A stretch of 64,000 nt of DNA, from contig OZ037765.1 in the NCBI GenBank assembly GCA_964035545.1, forward strand, positions 8,938,698 through 9,002,697, written 5' to 3'. Each line of letters starts with the position of its first letter. The first letter of the stretch is position 1. This document shows positions 35,095 to 51,500 of this stretch, piece after piece. Source of the stretch: Bugula neritina (Eukaryota; Animalia; Bryozoa). The translations under genes were made by a program, and so were the position numbers. The notes below the pieces were generated by a model. It made no database searches. It worked only from the letters and a program-made list of their open reading frames with translations, and was not told where the DNA came from.

Positions 35095-37808
35095 ATGGAA
35101 AACTTTCAGAGAATTAAAGTAGTTGGCAAAGGTAGTTATGGAGAGGTTTGGTTGTCAAAGCATGTTCGAGATAAAAAGCAGTATGTCCTCAAGAAAATGG
35201 ACTTAAAAAAGGCGTCAAAACGTGAACGAAAAGCTGCTGAGCAAGAAGCTAAGCTTCTTTCGAAGTTGAAGCATCCAAATATTGTTGGTTATAAAGATTC
35301 ATTTGAGGAAGAGGGCTATTTATGGATTGCTATGAGTTTTTGTGAAGGAGGCGATTTATATAACAGTTTGAAATCCCGTAAAGGCTCATTGCTTGAAGAG
35401 AGACAGATTGTCGAATGGTTCGTTCAGATATCTATGGCGCTGCAATATCTCCACGAAAGAAACATTTTGCACCGAGATTTGAAAACCCAAAATATATTTT
35501 TGACTCGTAGCAAAATAATAAAACTAGGAGATTTGGGTATTGCTAGGGTGCTAGACAGCAGTAATGATATGGCCACTACTCTAATAGGCACTCCTTATTA
35601 TATGAGTCCTGAACTTTTTTCAAACAAACCTTACAATCATAAGTCGGATGTATGGGCTTTAGGTTGCTGTGTATATGAAATGGCCACTCTGAAACATGCA
35701 TTCAATGCAAAGGATATGAACTCATTGGTTTATAAAATCCTTAGAGGAAAGATGCCGCCCATGCCCATACAGTATAGCCAGGAATTAACTAATCTAATCA
35801 GAGCAATGTTGGATCAAAATCCGTCCAGGCGACCTTCTGTCAATAAAATACTCAGAGATCCTTTCATTAAAAAGAACATTGCCATATTTCTAGAAGGTAC
35901 CAGAAAGAGCCGTAAAGCTACATCTGCAGCCAGAAGCCAAGTTGATGGGAAGATTGAGCCACCATCTTCTGCGTCAAAAGCAGGATTGGCAGGTATGTGA
36001 CTGTTTATTTTGTTTTATCTATATAATCACTAATTATCTATGCTGTATTCAAGCTAGCCGGTTGAATTGGTTTTTCCATGATTGAATTTGCTATGCAAAT
36101 TTGTTTCCTGCCAAATGAATAGCAACTTGCATTGATATGCAAAACGAGCAGCATTTATATAGTTGGATGCTATAATTTAGTATGTGGGAGCTTGTAATTG
36201 AATTTCATTTTATTAGCATAGTATTTTTACAATTCTGGTTGAATTTCAAAACTAGTATTTTTATTTTGAGCATTGTTCTTCTTTCTGTCACCTATTACTT
36301 CTTCATAATCTTACACAATTTGAGACTTATTGTACACTGTTGAGTATCATCAACATAGTAGCAATTGAAATGTTCGTAAAAGTTATGCTGCCTAACTTTC
36401 AATAAATCAATAATGTGACACTTTCCATTTCTACACCACGGATTTCTGTTATCATATATCTCGGCTTAATATATCTTGAGTTTTTCAACATTATAAAGAC
36501 AGGCTAAGACCTTTCAATTTTGAAGAGTGAATGTTTTTAATTCATGCAATTGTAAATGAACAACAAGGTATATTACTAGTAACTTGATTATCATTATGGT
36601 TCTAAATAATAATATTGTATTATTGCATTTGTTTTCTGCCACAAAGTTTGAGACTTACGAATTCTGACCAATTTGGTGTTGTATACTTCGAATGTAAACT
36701 GTCTACTTTTTTAAATTCAGGAAGAAAAAAAGAGAGGCCATCTAGTGGTGATCAAAAAAAGAAGTCCCGTCCATTTGACAATCCAATTCCTGTAGATAAA
36801 CCTCGTCCTTTACCAAGTATTCCAAATTTGAGTAATGAACATTCTGCACCATCTACACAAACTGATTCAACTGCATCATCTACTACTCCTTCCACTCCAA
36901 TTCAGGATGATGATGGGGGTTCTTCAGCTCGAGGTATAGTTCAAGAGATATTTTATAAGCCAATGCACTAACATTGGATCAAAAGAATTATTTTTATCAA
37001 AAGCTGTTTTTGTTTCTTTTCAGGAAGTTTTTCAGACATGGATGATATACAAAGAACAAATCCCAATATGTCTGCCAGAGCTCGTCGCCGTGAACGAAGT
37101 ATGAGGGATGAGACTCCACGTAACTCATACGAAGGTATTCAAAAGATTCACCTGGAACCAAGACGAAAGGGAAGTGCTAACAGTGACCGCCCGGACAGTG
37201 GAAAGTCTGATCATGGTCATCGCCGTCGACCTAGTGAACCTCCAGAGCTGCCATCTTACAACAATGCTAGTGGAGACAATCTTCAGGGGGAAGCAACTCC
37301 ATCGAATATTATAAAGATGAAACATAGGCAGACATCTTTGGTGGATGAAGATGAGGAAGGATCGAGTTCTCTTGATACCGAAGAAGACCAAGAAAAGAAA
37401 AGAGAGGAGAAAGAAGTAGAGAATTTGGAACGAATGCTTGATGCAACTTTGCACATACGAGGTAGTGAGCTGGATGATGACACTCTGGAAATTGAAGAGG
37501 CAGTTGCTCCTTCACTGCATCAGCCTGACAAATCTGAACCGGTTATTGGACAAGAACCAATGTTCAGCAAAGAAACATTAAATAGCTCAGGAAGATTAAT
37601 GGAACGAATAGTTGCCCTCCGAAAAGACTGCTTAAGAGGAGTGGGCCTTGAAAAATTGCATAAGTCTTACCAGATATTGGATGATGTTGACTCAGAAAAT
37701 ATGGAGGCCAAACTGCTAGCTCTCTTAGGCCAATCAATCTTTGATGAGTATGCTGGTAAAATTTGGCAATTAAAATTTTGTGAGGAATCAGCATTTAGAA
37801 TAAACTGA
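35095..37808 (+). CDS. NEK4: NIMA-related kinase NEK4 (exons 35095-35992, 36721-36933, 37024-37808)
   Basis: VVGKGSYGEV, ASKRERKAAEQEAKLLSKLKHPNIV, HRDLKTQNIFLT, DLG, PYYMSPELFSNKPYNHKSDVWALG; NEK4-like C-terminus (LR.DCLRGVG...QLKFCEE); phase-1 GT-AG introns. Confidence 0.92.
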
Positions 37809-38471
37809 GTAGATTATGAAGCTGTGGCTGTAATGTAGAAAGTTTTATACTGAATGCTACCTAGTTCATTTTGCAGTCAAGATGTATCTCACTATTTACA
37901 ATCTATGATGTTTAGCAAGGGTAGTTTTCAATAGTTTTACTAGTGAGTTGTGAAGATGTGGTAATAAAACTGATATATTTTTTATAGATCCGTCCTTGCT
38001 TAGTGGCATTTTATCACATATTGTTTGATCTGGATTGTTTTCTTAACAAAATATGTTGTTAATTTAATCAACATTGTTTTTAAATTTTAGTCTATTTTTA
38101 TGATTATAGCCTTTTATTTATTAGTCTTTAATTTTATGACATGCATATCTCTTCTTGTTACCTTGTTACATTGCTGTTTGTAGTTGTATGCTTTGTAGGA
38201 TAATAATATAATGCTTTTGACTTATAATTCTAGTCTTATTATGCTGGTAATTGCTTGAATGTAACAAAGTTCATTATCTAGTGGCATCACTATTTGATTA
38301 AGTTAGGCCAGTTATTCATCATTCCAATATCTTGACTGAGGATTACAGCATACTCGTGTTGTATTAGTCATACATAGGTGAGTAATGAGTGTCAGTAACT
38401 TATCCCTGGAAATAGAGCTAGTATTTCTAAACCTTGGAATTATTTTTTGTATTTTCAGTACCCTTGTTTAA

Positions 38472-41400
38472 ATGCGGTATTGCTATTGGCTATCCTTGCC
38501 GATTTCTCTCCATTTGAACAAGTGTGAAAGATTTTTCTCTTTGAGAACGATGTCGTCTGGTTCGAACCTTGTTAAAGTAGCAGTATGTCAAATGACTACA
38601 ACACCAGATAGCAAAAGCAACCTTGAACAAGGCAGAATGTTGATCGAAGAAAGCAAACGTCAAAATGCACAGGTACTTATTATGTCCTAGGTGTACTATT
38701 ATGGCATTGCTCCGTCCCTTGTATTAAATTTATGTCTCAGGTTGAATATGCAACTTGAAAACCATAAATAAGTGTTTTATTAATAACTTGTCATCTTTAG
38801 AATCTCCAACCTTGTACACACTTTGAATATTTGTATTCAAATTAGTTTTTGGTAATGGATTTTTGGAACAGTTTAAAAAGTGATAGTCACATGTAGTTGC
38901 TTGCTTTTAAAGTTCTCTGGGCTTACTTATTCGCAGCCCCATTAATTGTCTTAACATCTTTTAGATAGCGTTTCTACCTGAAGGCTTTGACAACATAAAT
39001 AGAAGTAGAGCGGAGTCAGTGGAAGCTGCACAAAGTGTGTCTGGTCCTACAATTTCCGAGTATTGCTCAATCGCAAAAGCCAATAATATGTGGCTGTCTC
39101 TCGGTGGATTTAAAGAAAAGGTACTTTCATATTTGGGCTGAAACCTTTGTGACATGATAAGCAGATGAAATATGTTGTTTGACCTGTTCACTATAGTCTA
39201 TGGTTCAATTTAATTAGTTCTGACTTTGATGGTTGATTTTGCATTGTTTGCTTGACAAAGTTCGTTTGCCTGGATTATTTTCGTAACCATTCAATTTAAA
39301 GCAATTATAATCATACTTTAGATGTTATGTTACAATTATCTGCAATTGTTGGTAGAGTGATGTATCTAAAGTGTACAACACCCACTTAATTGTTGATCCT
39401 GATGGGAATATAGCTGGAGCTTATAGAAAAATGCATTTATTTGATGTGGATATACCTGATAAAGTACGGTTGTGCGAAAGTGACTACACCCTTGCCGGAA
39501 ATGAGATCAGTAAGGTTGTGGCCACACCTGCAGGGAATATCGGATTGAGTACTGTATCCTTGAATACTTGCATTTCCTGCTCTGTAATATTACAGCCAGT
39601 TTTTTTTAACATTTTTCACATATAAATTTTGGATGGTTTTTGTTTGCATTAAAAGTTATTGTTGGTTGAAGTGTTACTATTAAAAGACGAATTTTTCTTA
39701 ACGTGTGCTAGTGTTATGATCTACGTTTCCCAGAACTATCGGCATTACTGAGAAATGATGGAGCTGATATTTTAACTTATCCTTCTGCTTTTACAATTCC
39801 TACAGGAAAAGCCCACTGGGAGGTTTGCATATTTACTTTATTCTTGTCAATGTGATCTATACAAAGTGCAATCAAATACATGTAAGTTGACTATATATTT
39901 TAGATTTTAATTTGTCATACAGTAAACACCCAAGTATTGTATGGTTCTGTACAGGTGCTGTTGAGGGCTCGTGCAATCGAGAATCAATGCTATGTGGTGG
40001 CTGCTGCGCAGGTTGGAGCTCATCACGATAAACGAGCCTCTTACGGTCACAGTATGGTGAGAAGCTAAAACTAAGTTTATAGGCATATTTTATATGTAAT
40101 CTCTAATTGCTAATTTTGATGCAATTATATTTGAGTTTTATGCTGCTATCTGCCCATAAACTGTTACTTTTAATTGTAGATTGTAGATCCATGGGGTAAA
40201 GTGTTGTGCGAGATAAAAGACGGTATAGGTGTGGCTACCGCTGACATTGATCTGCAACAGTTGCAGCAAACCCGAGAATCACTTCCTGTTGACAAACACA
40301 AGCGTAGAGATGTTTACCGTTTGGAAAAGTGTGGTGCTGCAGAATTACATAATATAGGTGTCCACTAGAAAACGTTATTACATGGGAGAAAGTCTTTTTA
40401 ATAAGCTAGCTATATCATCGAATTACAAAAATAAATTTGTTTGGTGAGAGAATGTCTGGCAAAATTAGATTGGTTGAGAGTGAATTTACTCTTCCTAAAA
40501 ACAGAGTTAATAAATTTGCAGCAAAGCAGTTCAGAAATTTGGACTGAGCACTTCAATCTTAAATCAGCTCCGGTGATATATTTTCCCAACTTGTAAAGAG
40601 TTGTCAAACCTTGCTTATTCTCATCTTCTCCAGAATTCTTTAAGCAGATAGAAAACCTTTTTTACTTGTTGATAGATTTTTCAAAGCTCTGCAGTTTTAT
40701 AGGAACAGCTGGAATTCTCACAATTCCTCACTGTTACTAGTGTAATTGCTAGAATGTGTGCATTCATCACCTATAACTTTAGGATTTTTTTACCAATTTA
40801 ATGCATTCTAATTTTGCAATTTTACTTGTATACATGTACTCGGTTTTTGCACTATTACCTGGTTTTCGATTTTTGACATTGTAGATGATGTGCCGCAGTA
40901 TATGTTTGCTCAATACCCTATTTCTTCCGAGGTTGTCTTCTGCAAAACTAACCTTTCCTTCGCTTTTGTGAACCGAAAGCCTGTAGTACCAGGTCGTATC
41001 CTTTTAGCATTAAACTACAAGTGTTGCCTGAAACATGATGAAATCATAGTTTAAAAGATTATGTTTGGTCAATTCAACAGGTTGCTGCTTTTAATGGTTA
41101 TCAATATAGCACATCTGTGTCTTGTTTATTGTAAATTCTTAACTTGATTATCAGATATGCTTGTTTCTCCACTTCGGGCGTGTAAACGATTTCATGATCT
41201 TACAACTGCTGAGACTTCTGACCTGTTTGAAGCAGTCAAGAAAGTTGGAGCTGCAGTTACTGCAGAATTTGGTGCGGGCTCTCTTACCATTAGCATTCAG
41301 GATGGACCAGATGCTGGACAGACTGTTGAGGTGCGATGCCAGTATTTTTATGATTTATTCTTTCAAAAAACTATGCTGTACTTTCAAAATGTGATCATAT

Positions 41401-42293
41401 CTTTATTTATATAAAAAAAAAACATGGAAAGCTGCTACTCGTGCAATGCACTGAATAGCAATTTGTTTTAGTTATTATCATGTTGTAAAAGATAGCCTAT
41501 GGTAACATTTAAACATCCATAGCTGCAATTGTTGAAGAGGTTTAAATCTTTGCTGCGTTTATTAGAGTATTATAAGGTGCTCAAATTTTACTTTACAATT
41601 AGCAATTTTCAAAGTTTCATCGTTTTTGTAATCCACAAATTCTAAGTTTATACAAACTAGGGGTGTGTATACTTGGGTCAAGAATATGTTTTTGTTTTGA
41701 CGCACACAAATTTTAATTAAAATCACGTTTATCCGAGTCAAGTGTGGTGCTGCTATAACTATAACTTTTGGTAAGTACAAAGTAGTTGTGTTCATTAATT
41801 GCTGTGAAACTGCTTAAGTATCATTGCAAATTGTGTCATTACCAACCACTCTTATATTTTCATTAATTTAGTGGACCATAAAATTCTTGAGGAGCATTTG
41901 TGCACAAGTTGTTAAAAACTGTGAAAGCTGCTGTCAAGCTAGTCTATTTTTTAGCATGTTCATGTCCACATATTACCTAGAAAGAAAGGAGACTTTGAAA
42001 ACAATGATGATATCTATAAAAAGGTAAAGTCTTTAAATTTAGTTAAAGTAAATCAAAGAACAGTTTGCTAAAGTAAAAATCACATTTGTGAAATTTTATT
42101 ATTTTCAAGTAGAGAGAGTAATTTGTTCATACATTTTCTCATTAGTTGCTACGTTAACCATTTCCACTAATGATTGCAGTTAGCAACCCATGACAAACAA
42201 AATGAAGGAACATCAACTGCTGACAAGTCCATATTCAGAACAGAGGAAGTTATGGCAAGGGAGGCAACTTCTATGAGAAAATATTTTCAATAA
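38472..42293 (+). CDS. NitFhit: NitFhit fusion (Nit1 amidase + Fhit Ap3A hydrolase); exons 38472-38672, 38965-39120, 39356-39553, 39712-39822, 39955-40056, 40180-40357, 40885-40995, 41155-41330, 41955-42023, 42180-42293
   Basis: VAVCQM, FLPEGFD (Glu), YRKMHLFDV (Lys), CYDLRFPE (Cys), [22 protein letters not shown], then in frame [29 protein letters not shown] (HIT motif). Start could be 38472 or 38549. Confidence 0.95.
39554..39711 (+). other. U12-type (minor spliceosome) GT-AG intron
   Basis: 5' site GTATCCTTG; branch site TTTTCTTAAC ending 9 nt before the intron end; no polypyrimidine tract. Confidence 0.9.
40996..41154 (+). other. U12-type (minor spliceosome) GT-AG intron
   Basis: 5' site GTATCCTTT; branch site TTCTTAAC ending 11 nt before the intron end; splicing restores PG-H-ML. 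Confidence 0.92.
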
Positions 42294-42415
42294 AGACCAG
42301 TAGCTCAATAGTGTACTATAAACATTTGGTAGAGCAATATTATTTACAGTATTATATACATACATACATGTCTTAGTCAGAAATTAAGAATTTAGAAAGT
42401 AATAATCTAAAACAT

Positions 42416-46084
<3,669 letters not shown>

Positions 46085-46479
46085 TTTACAAGTAACTCTA
46101 AAAAACAAGTTCAGTTATATTAAAAATACATACAACCCATGCTCCATAATTAAAGTCAAGTTTGAAAAAAAACTACTTTAAAATCTGCATTATAAATTTT
46201 CCCACTGTAAGAGAATATGACTGGAGCATGCCAGCATAAAATACATAGCCTATGTGATGAGAAAGGCAAAGAGACATTTTATCACCAAAGCCGTTTTTAC
46301 AAATCTTGTGGGTACCTCTTCAATTAGCATATAATAATACAACTAAGGTGATTAAACCAGAGTAGCAAATTCTAAATAAGACTCACTGAAAATTATTAAT
46401 AGCAATTGTAAAAAGATAATATTAATATTATTAATATAATCATTGCTATTTCGTGATTATTTATTTCACTAAATCTAAT

Positions 46480-48390
46480 ACTAATACTAATAGCAACAAT
46501 ACTCTTTAATTTTGGTACCCTCCGACTGTAGCCGAAGATCAGGTTTAGAAAGCAAAGAAAAATGGACGGTTAAAAATATAGTACAAGAGAAGACAACTTT
46601 TAAAAGTTACCTCAAAATCTACTACAATAATAATATTAATAGCCATAATGATACTAATAGTAATATTAACTACTAATAGTAACAGTAATACTAATACTAA
46701 ATACAGATAGTTATAGTTATACTTAACGTAATACTAATACTGATACTGGGTAATAGTACTAGTAGTACCATAATAGTTTATCAAATTTAATAGTTATAAC
46801 TTAAAGTTATAGTAATTCAAATTTTCATTGGCATTAATTATTAGTGATAATTTACTTTTAATTATCGGAATTATAATCATAATGATAAGGGTAGATCTAA
46901 TACTATTACTCTAATACTAATAGTAATTAATAGACTAATAGTAATACTTATACTTATAGTTATACTAATACTAATACTTATAGTAATACTAATAATAAAT
47001 GTAATGCTAATACTAATAGTAATAGTAATACCCTAAGTAATAGTAATAATAATAGTAATACTAATAGTATTTCTATTAGTATTAGTATTAGTAAAACTAA
47101 ATGTAATACTCATACTTATAGTTATAGTGTTATACACTTACACTTACAGTTAGTGTTATAGTTAAATTAGTTATAGTTATACTACTACTGAGTACTACTG
47201 CTACAGTACTAGTACTGCTACTGCTAGTACTACTATACTACTACTAGTAGTAGTAGTACTACTGGTACTAGTACTACTAGTACTGGTAGTACTGGTACTA
47301 GTACTGGTAGTACTGGTACTAGTACTAGTAGTACTAGTACAGTACTACTAGTACTAGACACTATTAGTATTACTATTACTATTAGTATGTATTAGTATTA
47401 CTGTATTAGACTCAGAGTTAGAGTATTACTATAGTTACTACTACTACTACTACTAGTACTAGTAATAGTATAAGCACTACACTACTAGTATTACCATTAC
47501 TATTAGTATTATATAACTGCATCTATGAAAATCCAGTGTGACTCTTATGTCGAAGCTGTTTGGTTTTTTTGACAAAAATACCGTTAAAACTGTTCAAAAA
47601 GAGCAACTCTAACCATAATAATAGTGATAATGAGAACGAATGATGTTAAGACTGAACTGATTTTAATTTCAAGCCAACATTTTTCAGTGACCTTGACTGC
47701 AATACAATAAGCGCTCTTTTGTAGGGGCAGAGATTAAAATGCAATACGCTCTGGGGAAACTAAATTCGTAAATGATTTATAGACCCTAAGCCCGCACAGT
47801 GTGTAGTTAAAACAATAGAGCTGCTGCTATCTTTGACCCAACATTCACCTTCACATGTTTTCATTGATTTTCAATTGAACTTAAACTTCAACTTCAAGAT
47901 CTGTTTTTTTTTTATTGGAATAAACATTGATTTTCATCAATTGTGAGATTTTGTTATGAAACCATTTTTACTGATATTAATAACAAATCAAACCTTGCAC
48001 TCTACATTACCCACCAAGTTTCATTGCAACTTGAAGTTTAACTTAACCTAAATTTTTAGTTTTAGTTTTACTTTAGATTTTAGAGTTGGTAAAACTAAAA
48101 GTAAAACTAAAAGTTTAAGTAAAACTAAATGTAAATGTAAGTTTAACTAGACCTAGCACTACTAGTAGTTGACGTAATACTAACAACAGTCACTGAGCTA
48201 GTAATTGTAACTCTAAATGGTAAGGTTAATCTGAGCTAAAACTACTAATACTAGTACTACTACTGCTGCTAATGGTAAACAGTTATATTCATATTGTAGT
48301 ACTAGTAGTAGTAGTGGTAGTAGTACCAGTACTACTCTACCAGTACCGTTTACACTTACAGTCACACTAAATCTAATATTAGTATTACTA
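46480..48390. repeat. Cryptic simple-sequence tracts (ACTAAT/AGTACT/ACTAGT types) flanking a non-repetitive core at ~47520-48030 between divergent ARP5 and MRPL45
   Basis: Direct reading. Confidence 0.8.
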
Positions 48391-48518
48391 GTTGCAGTTC
48401 AAAAATTTTCGATGGGAAAGTATAAACCAATTTTCATTAACTCTGTTTGATGCTTAATTATTGAGTTGGTTGTTAACGTTGTACAAGTTTCTGTTTAACT
48501 TTCATGTTGATGTAGTCA

Positions 48519-51500
48519 ATGGCGCAGCGATTAACCTCTTTGCTCCTACGTAATAATTCCTTGCTTGTCACTACCTCTCTAAATCAACAGCAGACCAGGA
48601 CTATAAATAAACATTTCAATCCTAAATGGAAAAGACAAAGAAGGGAAAAGTATTTGAAGGCAAGAAATCTGTTACTTTAACGTGTTGTTTGTGGTTAATC
48701 TAGATTTTGAAAAGTGCAGCTCAGATCATTCAACAATGATAAAATAGAAATCAGCTCAACTAACTGGATAATCTTATTTTGATGATTGATTTTATTGCTA
48801 TATTAATTTGAGGAATTTGATTTGTTAAAGTTTTTTGTATATTTGTGCTAGACTTTCTGATGTATAAACTGTGTTAATCTTTTTTAACATTTGATGATCT
48901 GTTTTCAGGTTCCTCTGCCAGATTTTGAGGCAATGCGAAGTGCTATGAATAACCAGTTGACACCTGCTGAAGTTAGAGCTTTCATGAGACAGCGCGGTGT
49001 GCTGCCTTATGCTCCTTCTTCTCCAGTAGTTAGTTTGTCGGACAGTGGTAGGTGAACTGGTGTGCTTGTGAACAATTGGATTGAGCAGTTGCAATTATTA
49101 ACGAGTTACATGCCCAGTAAAGACACTTAATATATACTCTTTATTAGTTCTAAAATATAGGTACTAGCTCAATTTTGATGTCAATACAGGAAATTGAAGC
49201 TGTAGTTGATAGTGGTTACACTAATAGTTATTACTGCCCACTGCTGGTTACCTCATACGTTCTTTGTGATTCATTTTATGAATAGTAAATGCATATATTT
49301 TATATAAATTCCTCTACATACTTTAGGTCAGATTTTTGATGCATATGTTCCCAAAGAAGATGATGCCTTTGTATCAAATGTAAGTTAATACACTTTTAAT
49401 TTTTTTTCAATGTTTCTCCCTTGATCAAAATATTATACATTAAATGGTTAATAATCTGGTTTATTATACTTAAGAAAGCATCCTTAGTGCCATAATCTGA
49501 ACAGATGCAATGTTTTTGGTCAACAGTGTTTATAGCATAAAAATTACGAACCATGTTCAATTTAATTTAAAACATGCTCATTCAAATTTTGATGACTTAT
49601 GTAAAGAAATTGAATATTACAGGCTGACCATAAAATCACATATGCATAATAAATGGACCTTGTGATTTTAAGAAAAGTTGATGTATTTTATGAGAAGTGC
49701 CAAGTTTTTATTAATTGGGGACACAACTTCAAGTTTTCAACATTAGCAACCACATACCAATTTTGAACTCTTGATATAGTACTAATCTAAAAGTTGCTAT
49801 AATGCAATACTTTATACTTTGGAATTTTAATTAACTTTTCTGACTAAAAACAACTATTATTTGATTGGTCAGCATATCTAAGAGTTGATCATAGGCTGGC
49901 AATATTAAATTATGCGAGTAAACATATTTCCAATAATTCAATTTTTAGAATTCTGTTTTAGCTTTTCATATGTTCTATTTGCAGAAATTAGGATTGTTTA
50001 TACTAGTCATAATGGAGTTTATAGTAGCAGCAATGGCTAGTGATGAAACTAGTAATAATCTGAATGTTATTTATACTAAAAATATTTTTTTGTGATTTGT
50101 GATCAATTGTGTCACAGTTGGGTCAAGCTCACAAGTTAAGTCAAAAAAGCACAAGTGAGAAAATGGCTTGGTTTGCCTGATTTAAATTTTAATAAACTTG
50201 CTCATTTTTGAACCAGGTCATTGCTTCCAGTTTCCCTTCAAATCCTACATGTATTTAATATTGAAGCCAAGAAGAACAAATTAGTGACTAGTTCTACTTA
50301 TTATCTTATTTTTTATAATTAATGAAATAATACCAAAATAACTAGTATTCTGATGCACTCAAAATGCCACCTAATTACAGTTGCTATGAAATAAAACACA
50401 AAAATTGTTGTTGCTTGTGTAACTCATTTTAAGTAGCTTTCTTTTGGTAATAAAATGAAAAATTAGGTGAAATAGTTGTCCTTTTTTAGGTGAAAGAATC
50501 TTTCCTAAAAAAAGCCAAGCAGATAAGAGGAAAACGTGAAATAAAAAAGTTTGACGAAGAGTTTACGGTGGATCGGTTTGCAGAAGAGGCTCTGGCTATA
50601 TACCTTGAGGCTCATGAGTTATTAACCAGGTAAAAAACCTCAGTGTCTACTCTATTCCATTCTCAACCAATATTTAGCACTATATATACCTGACATGTAA
50701 GTTTATCTTGTTAACTCAACAGCTGGTCATGCAGTGGCTCTAACAAAAAACTTTGAGTAACAGTTACAGTAAATTTCAATTGAATTTTCCGGTAATTTCC
50801 ATACTGGTAAAACTAAATTTAGTATAAGATTGATAAGGGGTCATTGGTATTTACCACCATAACTAAACAATATAGATTTGTAGCCTAGATAGTGTTAACT
50901 GCCTTAAGGTACTAATTGCTTATTGATGATAAAAGATTGTTAACAAAATATCTATTGTAATAAATAATTATCCAATTAGCAGACTGATTATTCCACTTGA
51001 AGCTGTTTTACTACTTAGCATTTTATTGCTCCTTGACTTTGGCCCAGTACTGTAAAAATTAATTCAATAACTTTGGAAAATAGTTTTTTGAAAGTAATAA
51101 AATTAAATTAATGTAAATTAATTGAAAAAAATTAAACTCATTTGATTCAACTAGTTGTACAAGTAAAGTATGTGTATTAAAAAGCTTATTTTGGTATTTC
51201 TAAACAATCAATGGCAGTGTTACGTTATGGAGAACTAGATTAGTTGGTAGTGATGCATTATTTTGTGTGTTGTTTTTTATGAACGCAGAGCATTTCCTAG
51301 AAACTTTCGTTCAGAGTACGAAGATCAAGAAGATTACTTCAAGTTGCTTGACCTTGTATCAGAATTTGGTTGGCCAGTGAGTAATTCTAGCATATTACTG
51401 GAAGTAAAAATGTGTTTATATCATATAATTGACTTAATTGTGATTTTCAAAACTACTTTTTTGTTTAAAATTAAATGTTTTGATCAAAGATAAACTGTTG

